From assembly GCA_963845065.1 (NCBI GenBank), contig CAWJQQ010000009.1, forward strand, positions 1,120,001-1,184,000: DNA of 64,000 nucleotides. Reading direction: 5' to 3'. Each line of letters starts with the position of its first letter. Positions within the stretch are counted from its first letter, which is position 1. Below, piece after piece: positions 37,650-48,200 of the stretch. Source of the stretch: Nitrospirota bacterium. Lineage in GTDB: Bacteria; Nitrospirota; UBA9217. The notes beneath the pieces are model-generated. The model was not told where the DNA came from. It worked only from the letters and a program-made list of their open reading frames with translations, and did not search any database. The position numbers and the translations under genes were made by a program.

Positions 37650-38207
37650 ATGTTCGCTCAATTAAAATTATACGCGGCATATATTGCCGGGGCGCTCTTC
37701 ATTGCCCTGGGGCTTACCGCGACCATCGAGTACGGGATCATTGAACATCAGAAGACGACGATCGGCACGCTGACAAACCAGCTGCATGACGCCCAAAATG
37801 CGAATGATGCCGCGCAGAAAACCATCACCGATCTCACGGTTGAGCGGGACAAATCCGCGGAGACCTGTGAAGCGAGGCTTTCGGAAAAGGATACGATGAT
37901 CCGGAAATTCCAGACCATCGACGATCTCAAGGAGGATACCCATGAAAATACCAAGGCCGTTGATTCTGGCAGCATTGATAATACTTTGCTTGGCGCTCTC
38001 AACCAGCTGTACTCCGCCCCGTCAGATAGTAAACCCGGAGTATGTCAAGCCACTAATACCGCAGGCGCCGGTGGAACCGGAATATTATCCGGTCAGGTTC
38101 GGTATTGTTTCTGCTCAGACAATGACGTAAGGAATTTTCTCAAGAATATGGCGCTCTCGGATTCCGACCGTCAGGAGCTCCGGACGATACTGGATGGCTT
38201 GAGATAG
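37650..38207 (+). CDS. Inner-membrane spanin (Rz-like)
   Basis: N-terminal TM helix plus coiled coil; contains an embedded lipoprotein ORF. Confidence 0.75.
   Translation: MFAQLKLYAAYIAGALFIALGLTATIEYGIIEHQKTTIGTLTNQLHDAQNANDAAQKTITDLTVERDKSAETCEARLSEKDTMIRKFQTIDDLKEDTHENTKAVDSGSIDNTLLGALNQLYSAPSDSKPGVCQATNTAGAGGTGILSGQVRYCFCSDNDVRNFLKNMALSDSDRQELRTILDGLR
37942..38130 (+). CDS. Outer-membrane spanin (Rz1-like), embedded in +1 frame
   Basis: RBS AAGGAGG, lipobox STSC, Pro-rich mature part. Confidence 0.75.
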   Translation: MKIPRPLILAALIILCLALSTSCTPPRQIVNPEYVKPLIPQAPVEPEYYPVRFGIVSAQTMT

Positions 38208-38430
38208 GGAGGTGATGTCGAGGGCTAATTATCCACCTCACATTCATTCATGTACAAAAAAGTTTAAGTTGTGTAAATATTTTGTGATGATTCACCATGA
38301 ACACTGGGAATACTTCTGCAGATTGAATAATTGCCGGGTTCACAAAATATATGAAGACAGAGGTCCGGGAGCATGCCGGGAAACCACCATAAGCGAGTTT
38401 AGTAAACCATTAAATCTAGGAGGATACATT

Positions 38431-38979
38431 ATGGATGCAAACGCAAAGACGGAGATGGGACTGGAAGTAGGGCTCCTCTGCAATCACGATGAGCACATGA
38501 AAGGAAAGCTCAAGCAGCATTACAAGGTGGAACATGTCAGGGATGGCAAGATTATCGGGGTTGATGAATTCGACAATCTCATCACCACTGCGGGGCTCAA
38601 TCAATATCTCAGCGCAGCGCTTACCACGGGACTCGCTTCGCCGGCCTGGTATGTCGGCCTTATTGGTGCCACTGATACTTTGAATGCTGCGGACACTATG
38701 GCGTCTCATGCCGGCTGGACCGAGATTACCCCTTACAGCAATGCCACTAAGCCCGCATGGACTGGTGGCACCGTTTCTGCCGGCAGCGTGAGTAATTCCG
38801 CGTCAGTCGCCGCATTCACGATCAATGCTTCTTCAACGGTATATGGCTGCTTCCTCTGCAGCAACTCAGCACTCAGCGCTACAACCGGGACGCTGCTTGG
38901 CGAAGGAGTATTTGGCGCCTCACGTGCGGTTCTGTCCGGGGATACGCTTAACGTGACCATCACTTGCTCCTTAACGTAA
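38431..38979 (+). CDS. Virion structural protein (Thr/Ser/Gly-rich beta protein)
   Basis: RBS GGAGG at the internal ATG; NLITTAG, WYVGLI, GDTLNVT. Confidence 0.65.
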   Translation: MDANAKTEMGLEVGLLCNHDEHMKGKLKQHYKVEHVRDGKIIGVDEFDNLITTAGLNQYLSAALTTGLASPAWYVGLIGATDTLNAADTMASHAGWTEITPYSNATKPAWTGGTVSAGSVSNSASVAAFTINASSTVYGCFLCSNSALSATTGTLLGEGVFGASRAVLSGDTLNVTITCSLT

Positions 38980-38987
38980 GAGGCTAA

Positions 38988-40778
38988 ATGTCCTTAACTA
39001 AGCGGGCTACATACCTGACTGCTGGCAACGCGCAAACAAGTGTGAGTGTAACTGCCAACGACCTTATATTGGTATTTTATACTTTCGCTGCCAGCACAGG
39101 TACGCCCACTTGTTCAGATAATGCCTCTGGTGGATCAAACAGTTATTCTCGGGTTGGCAAAGAGCAGGCAACCATTGATGGGGATAATGGGTCTATCTTC
39201 TGTTTTATGGCGACTGCAAAAGCGACAGCTACCCTGACGATAACTTGCACTTCAGAGACTGCGCCTGATATCTGTGTGATGGTTTATTATGGCGCAACCT
39301 CGTATGCTATTAATATAGCCGCGGCTGGATTCGCAGACTCTACAAATTCTACCTCCCATCCATCCGCACAGTTAACAGGCTGCGCTTCTGGTGATGTGCT
39401 AGCCTGCGGATGGTGGGCTGGGAATAACGCTGAGGTTCCAACAACTAGCACGTGGACACGTGAGCAATGTGATGATACGTCTTATGGAACCACCGCAGCG
39501 TTCTGTGATTATATCGCGCCATCATCCAGTAATTATACTAATACAATTACTGGCACTAATGCGATGGACTATATCTCACTCATCGTTTCGATCAAGGCAG
39601 GCGGGAGTGTATATGCAGAATCATTTACCATGTCTGATAACTCGTCAGCTTTTACTCCTGCCCCTGGATGGACCAAAACAGTCACGATGGCAGATAATTC
39701 CTCTGCCTTTACCCCTGCGGTTGGATGGAGCAAATCAGTCACGCTGGCTGACAACTCCTCTTCTTGTACTACTGCGAACGCCCTGGCTTCTGCGAATTCC
39801 GTTACCCTGGCCGATAACTCATCGGCCTTTACCGATACCAATGTTCTGAAAGCTGCAAATGGAGTTGCCCTCTCGGACAACTCTTCAGCCTTGACACCAA
39901 CGAATCTCTTGACGGCTGCAAATGGAGTCACGCTGGCTGATAACGCATCCTCGTTCACAAATGCTATTGGATGGGGCAAGTCAGTTGTTCTCTCGGACAA
40001 CTCCTCTGCTTGCACAGCTGCGAATGCACTGGCTGCTGCGAATGCAGTTACTTTGACAGACAATTCTTCAGCCTTGACACCAACGGATATCTTATTAGCT
40101 TCGAACTCTGTGACGTTGGCCGATAACGCTTCTTCCCTTACCGGAATCAGTTTATTGACGGCATTGAATGCCGTGACATTGTCGGATAACTCCTCAGCCC
40201 TTACAGCAGCAAATGCTTTGGTGGCGGCAAATGCCATCACGTTTGCAGACAATTCATCGGCCTATAGCAGTATTGGCGGAGCGCTGTATTCTATTTCAAT
40301 CACGTTCTCTGACAGCTCATCAGCGCTTGCCGGGACAGATCTATTGACGGCGGCAAATGCCGTGATTTTATCGGACAACTCTTCCGCTCTAGCTGCTTTA
40401 AATATATCAACCCAGAACGATTCAACCACATCACTAGCGGCAGTATCAGGCATGCAGCAATCCCCGGCCATGATAATGGGACAGCAGCTTACGTTGCTTT
40501 CGGTATCCTCCTTCAGCGGCTCAACGGGAGAAATAATATTCGACTCGTATACGATGACCGCGGTGAGTAGTGACGGGTATGCTGGGATCATGGAAATGTC
40601 CAGCGCCTTTCTTCTCTCCGCCGTAACGAATGACAGCGAATCCGCGCTCATCTTTTATGTTGATAGCGGTGATTCTGTCCCCTTGCGGATCTTTGGCAAG
40701 AAAACCAAAACGCGTGATCTTGGTGATTCTGTCCCCTTGCGGACCTTTGGTGTCACAGTAAGGAGTCAAAAGTGCTGA
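38988..40778 (+). CDS. Repeat-rich fibre/decoration protein
   Basis: Over a dozen 17-21-aa repeats of N.VTL.DNSSA. Confidence 0.7.
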   Translation: MSLTKRATYLTAGNAQTSVSVTANDLILVFYTFAASTGTPTCSDNASGGSNSYSRVGKEQATIDGDNGSIFCFMATAKATATLTITCTSETAPDICVMVYYGATSYAINIAAAGFADSTNSTSHPSAQLTGCASGDVLACGWWAGNNAEVPTTSTWTREQCDDTSYGTTAAFCDYIAPSSSNYTNTITGTNAMDYISLIVSIKAGGSVYAESFTMSDNSSAFTPAPGWTKTVTMADNSSAFTPAVGWSKSVTLADNSSSCTTANALASANSVTLADNSSAFTDTNVLKAANGVALSDNSSALTPTNLLTAANGVTLADNASSFTNAIGWGKSVVLSDNSSACTAANALAAANAVTLTDNSSALTPTDILLASNSVTLADNASSLTGISLLTALNAVTLSDNSSALTAANALVAANAITFADNSSAYSSIGGALYSISITFSDSSSALAGTDLLTAANAVILSDNSSALAALNISTQNDSTTSLAAVSGMQQSPAMIMGQQLTLLSVSSFSGSTGEIIFDSYTMTAVSSDGYAGIMEMSSAFLLSAVTNDSESALIFYVDSGDSVPLRIFGKKTKTRDLGDSVPLRTFGVTVRSQKC

Positions 40779-41068
40779 CCTTTTCCAAAACAGCTTATGA
40801 GCAGATCAATCGCTTCCATGACTTCGGGACCATACCAACTGGATGGCTTGGGCCAGGCGAGACTGTAGCGAGCGCGGCAATAGTAGTGACGGATAGCGCC
40901 GGGAACACCCATCCTGAAATGCTTGCAAACGTATCACAATCCGGCACAGAAGCCCTGTATACAATCCAGGGTGGGACTCCCGGAAGCACCTATAAGATAA
41001 GCATTCAAATCGTAACTTCTTCAGGGCAGCAATTTGAGGATGATATCACGCTGGGAGTGAAGAGCTAG
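40772..41068 (+). CDS. Fibre adaptor-like protein
   Basis: K..YE....DF....WL..GET+.S, GGTPG.TY.I....TS.GQ. Confidence 0.65.
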   Translation: MLTFSKTAYEQINRFHDFGTIPTGWLGPGETVASAAIVVTDSAGNTHPEMLANVSQSGTEALYTIQGGTPGSTYKISIQIVTSSGQQFEDDITLGVKS

Positions 41069-41130
41069 GAGAAGGGAATGCATTCAATGTATCCGCAGAT
41101 CAAAAAAATCCTACACGGAGGTGAACAAGC

Positions 41131-42411
41131 ATGACACGGAATTATTTCAAAGATTTTAACCTGCTTGCCATATCGGCAAACCATCAGGAGAGTGCGCTTA
41201 ATACCGCCCAGACGCTTGATACGGGGCTTCTGGTGCCAAAGACCCTGGTCCTGAACGTAAAGCCCCTTATGAATGAGGACAACCGTGCACAGGCGAATGG
41301 GAAGGAAGAGCCGGACACAGTCTATTTTTCCGGATACGGACCTTCAGAACTTGCCCTGGCATTCGACAAAGCGACTCCCCAGCATTACGCCATCGGCCTT
41401 GCCTTCGGCCTGGGCATTGACACTCCTGCTGCAAACGGCTCCGGATACAATCATGTCATAACCCCGACGTCCAACGTCACGCTTCCCAGCATGACCGTGG
41501 CCGGCAGGGCGGGCCTTACGATCTTCGAGCGCCAGTTCATCTCCATGTTCGTGAACACATTCAAGACCACGCTCAAGAAAAATGCCTGGGCCCAGGTGGA
41601 TATCGGGTTAAAAGGGACGGGCCTGTTTAACGATACGGTCATCGAGGAAAGCATTACCGCTCCCTACAACTCCACTACACTCACCCTTGCCGCGAACGCT
41701 ATCCAGGGATCCACTGCGGCCGCAAGGCTGGACAGCATCCACCGGATAAGGGTTCAGGACCCGACCACGCTGGAATGGCAGGAAGTGACGTTCACCGCGG
41801 CATCCTCTGCAACGCCCGGAGTGATCACGATAAACGCAGTTGGTGGCGTGTCGACCTCAACGATCTTTAAAGTGCTCTATCAACCCGTCATCCCTGCCTG
41901 GGCAACCTTGCCGGGGATCGTCACGGAATCTCCACTCCGCGTTACCAATCTCCTCATAAATTACGGAGGCACATGGAACGGGACCACGCTCCTGGGCGGA
42001 AGGACTCTGGGGGCGGAAGTGAACAGCCTGGAATACGATCTTACGAACAATGTGCTCCTGGAGCAGCTCCCGACGTCCGGAGGATCCCCGCTTTACGCCA
42101 ATTTCATGGGCCGTGGCGATCGTACTCAGACCATCAAGCTCGACAAACAGCTCCGCGATTTCATCCTCCAGCATACCGCACAGAACCTGGAATATTTTGC
42201 GGTCCGTGCCACTCTTACCGGATCCTCATTCGCTACGGGACAAAACTTCGCCGTAGACCTTGTCTGGCCGCAATGCGCCGTGGTCCAGGACCAGATCAAG
42301 GTGGACGGTAAGATACTGGCCGAAGCCGGAGACTTTAAGGTCCTGCAGAATACGACTTACGGCAGCATGATAGCCACGGTCACGAACCAGGCTTCTGGCT
42401 ACGCACAGTAA
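41131..42411 (+). CDS. Major tail tube protein
   Basis: Position before chaperones and tape measure; Y.H.ITP....LPS.T, C-terminal TVTN....Y. Confidence 0.75.
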   Translation: MTRNYFKDFNLLAISANHQESALNTAQTLDTGLLVPKTLVLNVKPLMNEDNRAQANGKEEPDTVYFSGYGPSELALAFDKATPQHYAIGLAFGLGIDTPAANGSGYNHVITPTSNVTLPSMTVAGRAGLTIFERQFISMFVNTFKTTLKKNAWAQVDIGLKGTGLFNDTVIEESITAPYNSTTLTLAANAIQGSTAAARLDSIHRIRVQDPTTLEWQEVTFTAASSATPGVITINAVGGVSTSTIFKVLYQPVIPAWATLPGIVTESPLRVTNLLINYGGTWNGTTLLGGRTLGAEVNSLEYDLTNNVLLEQLPTSGGSPLYANFMGRGDRTQTIKLDKQLRDFILQHTAQNLEYFAVRATLTGSSFATGQNFAVDLVWPQCAVVQDQIKVDGKILAEAGDFKVLQNTTYGSMIATVTNQASGYAQ

Positions 42412-42442
42412 CCTTTGAATCTTAAATTTTGAAAGGAGTTTT

Positions 42443-42877
42443 ATGATCACCATCACTATCAATAACAGCATCGAAGGAGTCTGGAAGGATTTCATGTTCC
42501 GAGGACAGCCGATAAAAATCAAGGTCAGGCCCAGGACGTCGGCCAAGGTCCAGGCCATCCGCGACGCAAACTGCAAGACGCAGATGATCCTGAACACCAA
42601 ATCGAATGTGATGGAGCACGTAGAAATTTACGATGAGAAGAAGATCCGCCGCGAGGTCTATGACTGGGTCATCGAGGATATCAAAGGCATTACACTCAAG
42701 GACCCGGATGGGAAAACCTTGAAGCTCGATGAATCGCTCAAGATGACCATCCTTAACTCGAGCTCGGAATCCGATAACCTCATTACTAAATTGCTTGATC
42801 AGGCGAATGCTCTTGCCGTGGCAGTCGAGGAGGGGAAGGAGCAGGAAACAAAAAACTTAGATGCCTCGCTCGCATGA
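42443..42877 (+). CDS. Tail assembly chaperone (gpG-like)
   Basis: In-frame slippery site A AAA AAC at 42850-42856. Confidence 0.75.
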   Translation: MITITINNSIEGVWKDFMFRGQPIKIKVRPRTSAKVQAIRDANCKTQMILNTKSNVMEHVEIYDEKKIRREVYDWVIEDIKGITLKDPDGKTLKLDESLKMTILNSSSESDNLITKLLDQANALAVAVEEGKEQETKNLDASLA

Positions 42878-43206
42878 TCTATGGGGGCGGGGCTATCCTG
42901 GACCCGCTGCCGGCTAACAAGTTCGCCTGGAAGATACTGTCCCGGGGATATTCACAATGGCGCTCCAATGAGTTCGAGGGCCGTTATGGCCTGGACCTGC
43001 TGGCGATATTCGAGATGGCCCGGGCGCTTAAGATCGAGATTACCGAGGACCTGCTCAACCGGATCATGATATTTGAACGGGCATCCATTGCGGTTTTTCG
43101 GAAAGAACCATTTTGCGATGATAGGGAACGGGAGCGCTGCAGCATTAAATACGGCGAGCACTTTGCCTGGGCATGTGAACAAAAGATCTGTGGAGAAGCA
43201 AGCTAA
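42857..43206 (+). CDS. Tail assembly chaperone extension (gpT-like, -1 frameshift product)
   Basis: -1 frame open from the slippery site; L.PAN..AW......SQWR....G.YGLD (DUF1799-like). Confidence 0.7.
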
Positions 43207-44903
43207 TGGGCGATGATCTTACCAAGGAAGTAAAAATAATCATCACGACAGACTCTTCCGGCGCCATAACCGGGATCCAGACGGCCAACGGCGAGTTTGA
43301 GAAAGTCGTGCCTGCTGCCGAGAGTGCCGGGAAGGCAATGAGGGAGGTCGGCGAAACCGGATCTGCAAGCTTCCATCTCGCGGGCCATGCCGCAGCCAAG
43401 CTTGGAGAAGACATCGGAATCCCATATCGTGCTTCTCTTATGCTCGGCAATCAGATGGCGCATATGGCTGCTACAGCAATCCCTGGGTGGGGATGGGCGC
43501 TCGCGGGCGCGACGATTGCCGCAGCCGTGGGAGTAGGTGTAATTGAACATTTTTCCAAGGCTGAGGAAAAGCGCCGGGAGGAGCTGGAAAAATCGACAGC
43601 TGCCGAATTCACTTCCACGCAGTCACTTTATGCGAATGCCCTGGCAACGGAGGCGCTTACGAAAGATAAGGAACGCCTGGCGGAAGTGGATCAGCGGACA
43701 TTCCTTCGGGAAACGCCGAAACTGATTGAGATGCAAACCAAGGAGATGCAGAAGCTTTATGAACAACTAGAGGGTGGTTCCGAAGCCATTCTATCGGCAA
43801 ACGAGAGAGTAAGATTTAGCTTTACCAATACTGCTTCTGGTTATGCAGAGAAGGCAAAAGTAGTAAAGGATGAGAGTGACGCGATTCAGGAAAAAATAGA
43901 CAAACTTGCACAATCAATTAAGCAAGAACAAGATCAGATGGATGCGATCAAAAAAGGCGGTGCTAGCCCGGAACAACAATCGTCCCAGGACGCCGCAGAT
44001 AAAGAAGAAGAGGCTCGCCGTAAACGGGTGGATGCAAACGATTTGGAAATATTAAAGGCGGGGAAGGCCGAGATAGACAGAAAAGCGAAAGAGCAAGCCG
44101 ACATCACCAAAATCGTCGAGACTGAACAGGAAAAGCAATTGACCATTGGCCTGGATGGCTACGATAAGGAATATGCTCAATTGGTAATAGCACAGGATAA
44201 GGAGATGCAGGCCTTAAAAAAACATTCTGCTGATGCCGAACAGATTAATCAGCTTGCCTCAGCCCAAAAAATGGCTTTGGATGAAAAAGAATCCAATCAC
44301 GCCATAGCCGAAGCCGACAGGGAAGCAGCAGAAAAAAGAGCATTGCAATCCCAGGAGCTATCATACGGCAAGCAAATCAGTGATGGCTTGATAGACCTTG
44401 CCATGGGCGGAGGCAAAAAGAGCGCGGAGGCGGAAAAGGACGCAGCTCTTTTCAAGGCAATCGTTAATACAGCCGTTGCCGTTACACAAGCATTGGCTAC
44501 TCCCGGTCCGCCTGGCGCCAACTTTGTCCTGGCCGAGCTGGTCGCGGCCGCGGGCGCAGTGCAAATAGCTTTGATTGAATACGCCAGTTATGGTGGAAGC
44601 AGTGGAGGCGGTGGTGACATTGGCAGCGGAGGGGGAAGTGGCGGGGGCGGTGGAATGTCATCCGCCGGCAATGTTCCTGCCAGCCCTACGACAAGCAGAT
44701 ACGGGACCGGCTACCAGCCGGGGACTCCCGGTACCTCCCAACTCAATGATTCGATACCGGGCGGAGGCGCCGGTTTGCAGATTCATTTCAACGCTCCGGT
44801 TTATGGAATGGATGATTTCAATAATAAGGTTGTAGGTGTGATACAAAACAACATCCGGACTGATCGAAATACTCAGGTCATCATCAGCCGTTATCAGGCA
44901 TAG
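43206..44903 (+). CDS. Tape measure protein (565 aa)
   Basis: Ala/Glu/Lys helical repeats, NTAVAVTQALA, position. Confidence 0.85.
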   Translation: MGDDLTKEVKIIITTDSSGAITGIQTANGEFEKVVPAAESAGKAMREVGETGSASFHLAGHAAAKLGEDIGIPYRASLMLGNQMAHMAATAIPGWGWALAGATIAAAVGVGVIEHFSKAEEKRREELEKSTAAEFTSTQSLYANALATEALTKDKERLAEVDQRTFLRETPKLIEMQTKEMQKLYEQLEGGSEAILSANERVRFSFTNTASGYAEKAKVVKDESDAIQEKIDKLAQSIKQEQDQMDAIKKGGASPEQQSSQDAADKEEEARRKRVDANDLEILKAGKAEIDRKAKEQADITKIVETEQEKQLTIGLDGYDKEYAQLVIAQDKEMQALKKHSADAEQINQLASAQKMALDEKESNHAIAEADREAAEKRALQSQELSYGKQISDGLIDLAMGGGKKSAEAEKDAALFKAIVNTAVAVTQALATPGPPGANFVLAELVAAAGAVQIALIEYASYGGSSGGGGDIGSGGGSGGGGGMSSAGNVPASPTTSRYGTGYQPGTPGTSQLNDSIPGGGAGLQIHFNAPVYGMDDFNNKVVGVIQNNIRTDRNTQVIISRYQA

Positions 44904-44912
44904 AGGGGAATC

Positions 44913-45275
44913 ATGACACCTCCAACATTTCCTCTTTCAGTATGGTATCCCGTCAAGTTCGGTGAGAGGGGATTTAAAACCGCAATCTCCCGGGGCTATG
45001 GCGGTGCCGAAAAGAGAGACAGCATCGTTTCAGTGTCTATCCGATCGTTTTCATTCCCCTGTAGAAAACTTACCCTGGCGCAAATTTCAACGATCTGGAA
45101 TTTTTTCGAGTCAGGGCTGGGCGCTTTTACAAGCTTCTATTTGAACATTATGCTTGAAAATGGCACATGGACAAACGTCCTGGTGCGGTTTGATGATGAT
45201 GCATTCAATTATTCGTGGACGGACCCTCTCTGGCATGAGATAGGAACAATAATATTGGTTACGGTGCCTTCATGA
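44913..45275 (+). CDS. Distal tail protein (gpM/DUF2460-like)
   Basis: FKTAI....GG.EKR, FF....GAF.SF, VRFDDD. Confidence 0.7.
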   Translation: MTPPTFPLSVWYPVKFGERGFKTAISRGYGGAEKRDSIVSVSIRSFSFPCRKLTLAQISTIWNFFESGLGAFTSFYLNIMLENGTWTNVLVRFDDDAFNYSWTDPLWHEIGTIILVTVPS

Positions 45276-48200
45276 GATCGGTTTCAGCCAATGTTCAAAC
45301 ACAGCTATCCGCCAACAATGCCATCCCTCGTTTATGCGTTGATCAATATCTTGATGGCGGCACTGTTCATATCACGAACCACACCTCTCCAATTACCTTC
45401 CAGGGGATAACTTACTCTCCGTGGCGTTTTAAGATCTCCGGGTTTTCCTGCACGTTTCCAAAGCTTGGCGAGGGCTATTCCACGGACAATGGCTCAATCT
45501 CGATCGACAACGCTGACAACTCCTATAATGCCCTTATCGCGTATGCAGAATTTTCTGGCCGCATAATTCGGCTCCGCTGGATGTTCCTGAATTTAACAAC
45601 CCTCGCACCCATTGACGGATATCCCACGACGGATGATTCGCTTGGCATCATCACCGGCCGCATGAATGCCACGAAAATAAATGAATCGGACTATACGTGC
45701 GATATCAATATCACCAATATCTTTGACAGATCTCAATCTTACGGTCCCTATAGAATATTAGGCCCACTCTGTAATAATACGTTCTGCGATCTCCATTGCA
45801 CGCTGAATGGAGGGGTTTTAGTATCGGGGACTGCATCGGCGGGATCGACAACCAGCCTGACCTCTACGGCGTTAAAAAGCGTATCATCAGGAGGAACGCT
45901 TGCGAATGGTGTTTCCATGGTCGGGGCCATGGTTGATTTCGACAGTGGGGCAAACCTTAATATGCTGGCTTATATTGCCACGCATAACACGTCCACCGGC
46001 CAGGTCACCTTTGCCGCACTCGGTTCGAGCGTTGCCGTGGGTGATGCGTTCCATCTTGAGTGCGATAAATCGCAAACGGCCTGTACGACACTATCTAACC
46101 TTCCTAATTTCGACGGCTTTGATGAACTCGTCGTAGCCCCGGGTCAGCAGGTACAGTCGCCACTATCCAGCATCCCGACAATCATCACCGCTGCGCCCAC
46201 ACCGATACTTATTCAGGGTAACGGGAACTTGCTTCCGATCATCTATGGTGAAGGACAGGTCGACGGCGTGCTTCTCGATGTGGCATTCACGAACCCGATG
46301 GCCGGCAATCCTCAGCTGTTCCATGTTCTCTACGGGATATGTGCTGGTCCCATCGATTCCATCGTCACAGTCGTTATAAACGGCGTGGAAGTAAATCCGG
46401 TTAATATGCCGTCAATCGTGATCCAGCAAATCTATACCGGGACCACAACGCAATCATTCACCTTTGCTGACGGCTCAACCCAATATTTCAAGCGCGTTGC
46501 CTGCGCATGGCTGACATTCCCTGCAACCTATGCCGATTCAACGGGCGCCTTCGATAATCCAAAAGTCACGTTTGTAGTAAAGGGACTCCAGGTCCAGAAA
46601 TATAATTCCAACGGAACGCTCAATGGTTCTCCGGCCTGGTCGGCGAACCCTATCTGGTGCTGCGTCGATTATCTGATGAATCAGGCACAATCGAACCAAT
46701 TGATGCCGGCATCGATGTTTAACTGGCCACTCATTGCCGCAGCCGGCGCAGCGATCGATACCAGCGGGATTCAATGTGTTCTTGTTCTTTCCAGCCAAAC
46801 CAAAGATTCAGATATCATCAGCATGTTTTTATTGGCAGCAATGGCATTTCCTTATTATGACGGCCAAACATTCGGGATATCGCTGGAAGGCGCCGGAGCG
46901 GCAGTATTCAATTTTGATGATAAATCCGGTGGTCAAACAAATGATAATATCCAGGTCCTCACGTTTGACGGACCGTGGGAAGACAACATCGATGATGTCT
47001 ATAACCAGGTCACCATCAGCTATACCGATACGCAGGTAAGGCAACGGTCCGCAGTACTGAATGCGGCGCTCCCGGCTTCGAATACTACCATCGTAATTTA
47101 TGGCCCAAATGGCGCAATCGTCCCTGCCGGCACCGTGGCCTCTCCCCTTAATGGCATCGGGAACTCCTCCGGTGGGACGATGTTTATCCCATCAGGGGAC
47201 GTTGATGGCATGGGTTGTTTATGCAGCTATACAGGCGTAGACGGTCACGGAAACCTGACGGGCGTGAAGCCTACTATTTATATCGGGGGAGAGGCCATCA
47301 CGTATACCGGTATGAGCGTCTATAATCCTCCCATTCTCATCGATGGTGTATATGTCACGTATGCCTGGAACGCCGTGTTTACGCTAACCGGATGTTCCGT
47401 AAGGCAGAATAATTATGCGAATGGATATCCGGTTTATCAGGGGCTCCAAACTTTTCCATCAGAGACAGCCACCTTCCAGGACGATGCCAATATCCTGAAA
47501 ATAGGCCGCGTGATCCCAAAGCAGATCAGCGCAAGCGTTATCCCGAACTTCAAACAGGCGCTTTCAACTTCTCAGACCATGGTGAGAAAAAATATCCAGG
47601 GGAATCATTATTGTTCGTTAGACGGGATGCGTGATAGTTTTGCCCTTACGATCGGAGATCTCGTAAACCTTACATCGAAGCGTCCAGGATGGGTAACGCA
47701 AAAGTGGAGAATTGTACAAACGAATGAACAGGAATTTGCAAACGTCCGGAGATCCTATCAATTCAAATATCACGAAGATTCATGGTATGGACAGAATCAA
47801 ACGCTGCCTGCAACCCCTCTTACGTCTTTATTGCCGAATCCTTTTATGGCTCCTGGACCGGCAACCTCTCTTGCCCTCTCGGAAGGCGGCTATGTAGGGT
47901 CAGATGGAACATACGTGCCAACCCTTACCCTCACGTATAACCTTCCCGCAAACGCTGCATATTGGGGAAATCCACTAATTCAGATATCCGTCAATAGCGG
48001 TGTCTTTACTAATTTCGGGATGGATAGCAGCGAGGGCCTGGGATTCCTGATTGATGGATTAAAAGGCAAATTTGTTGAAGGGAATACGGTGACGGTAAGG
48101 GTGGTAGCTGTAAATTCCCTGAATAGCTCTGTCACGGCTTCGATTGCTTCATCACCGACTGTATCGGCTACTATTACCGGAGCAGCGATCACGCTCACAA

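Noticed and set aside
40668..40750. 29-bp repeat pair as a TR/VR pair or recombination sites
   Set aside because: Too short, in frame, and the single mismatch is T/C rather than A-specific; a simple coding duplication.
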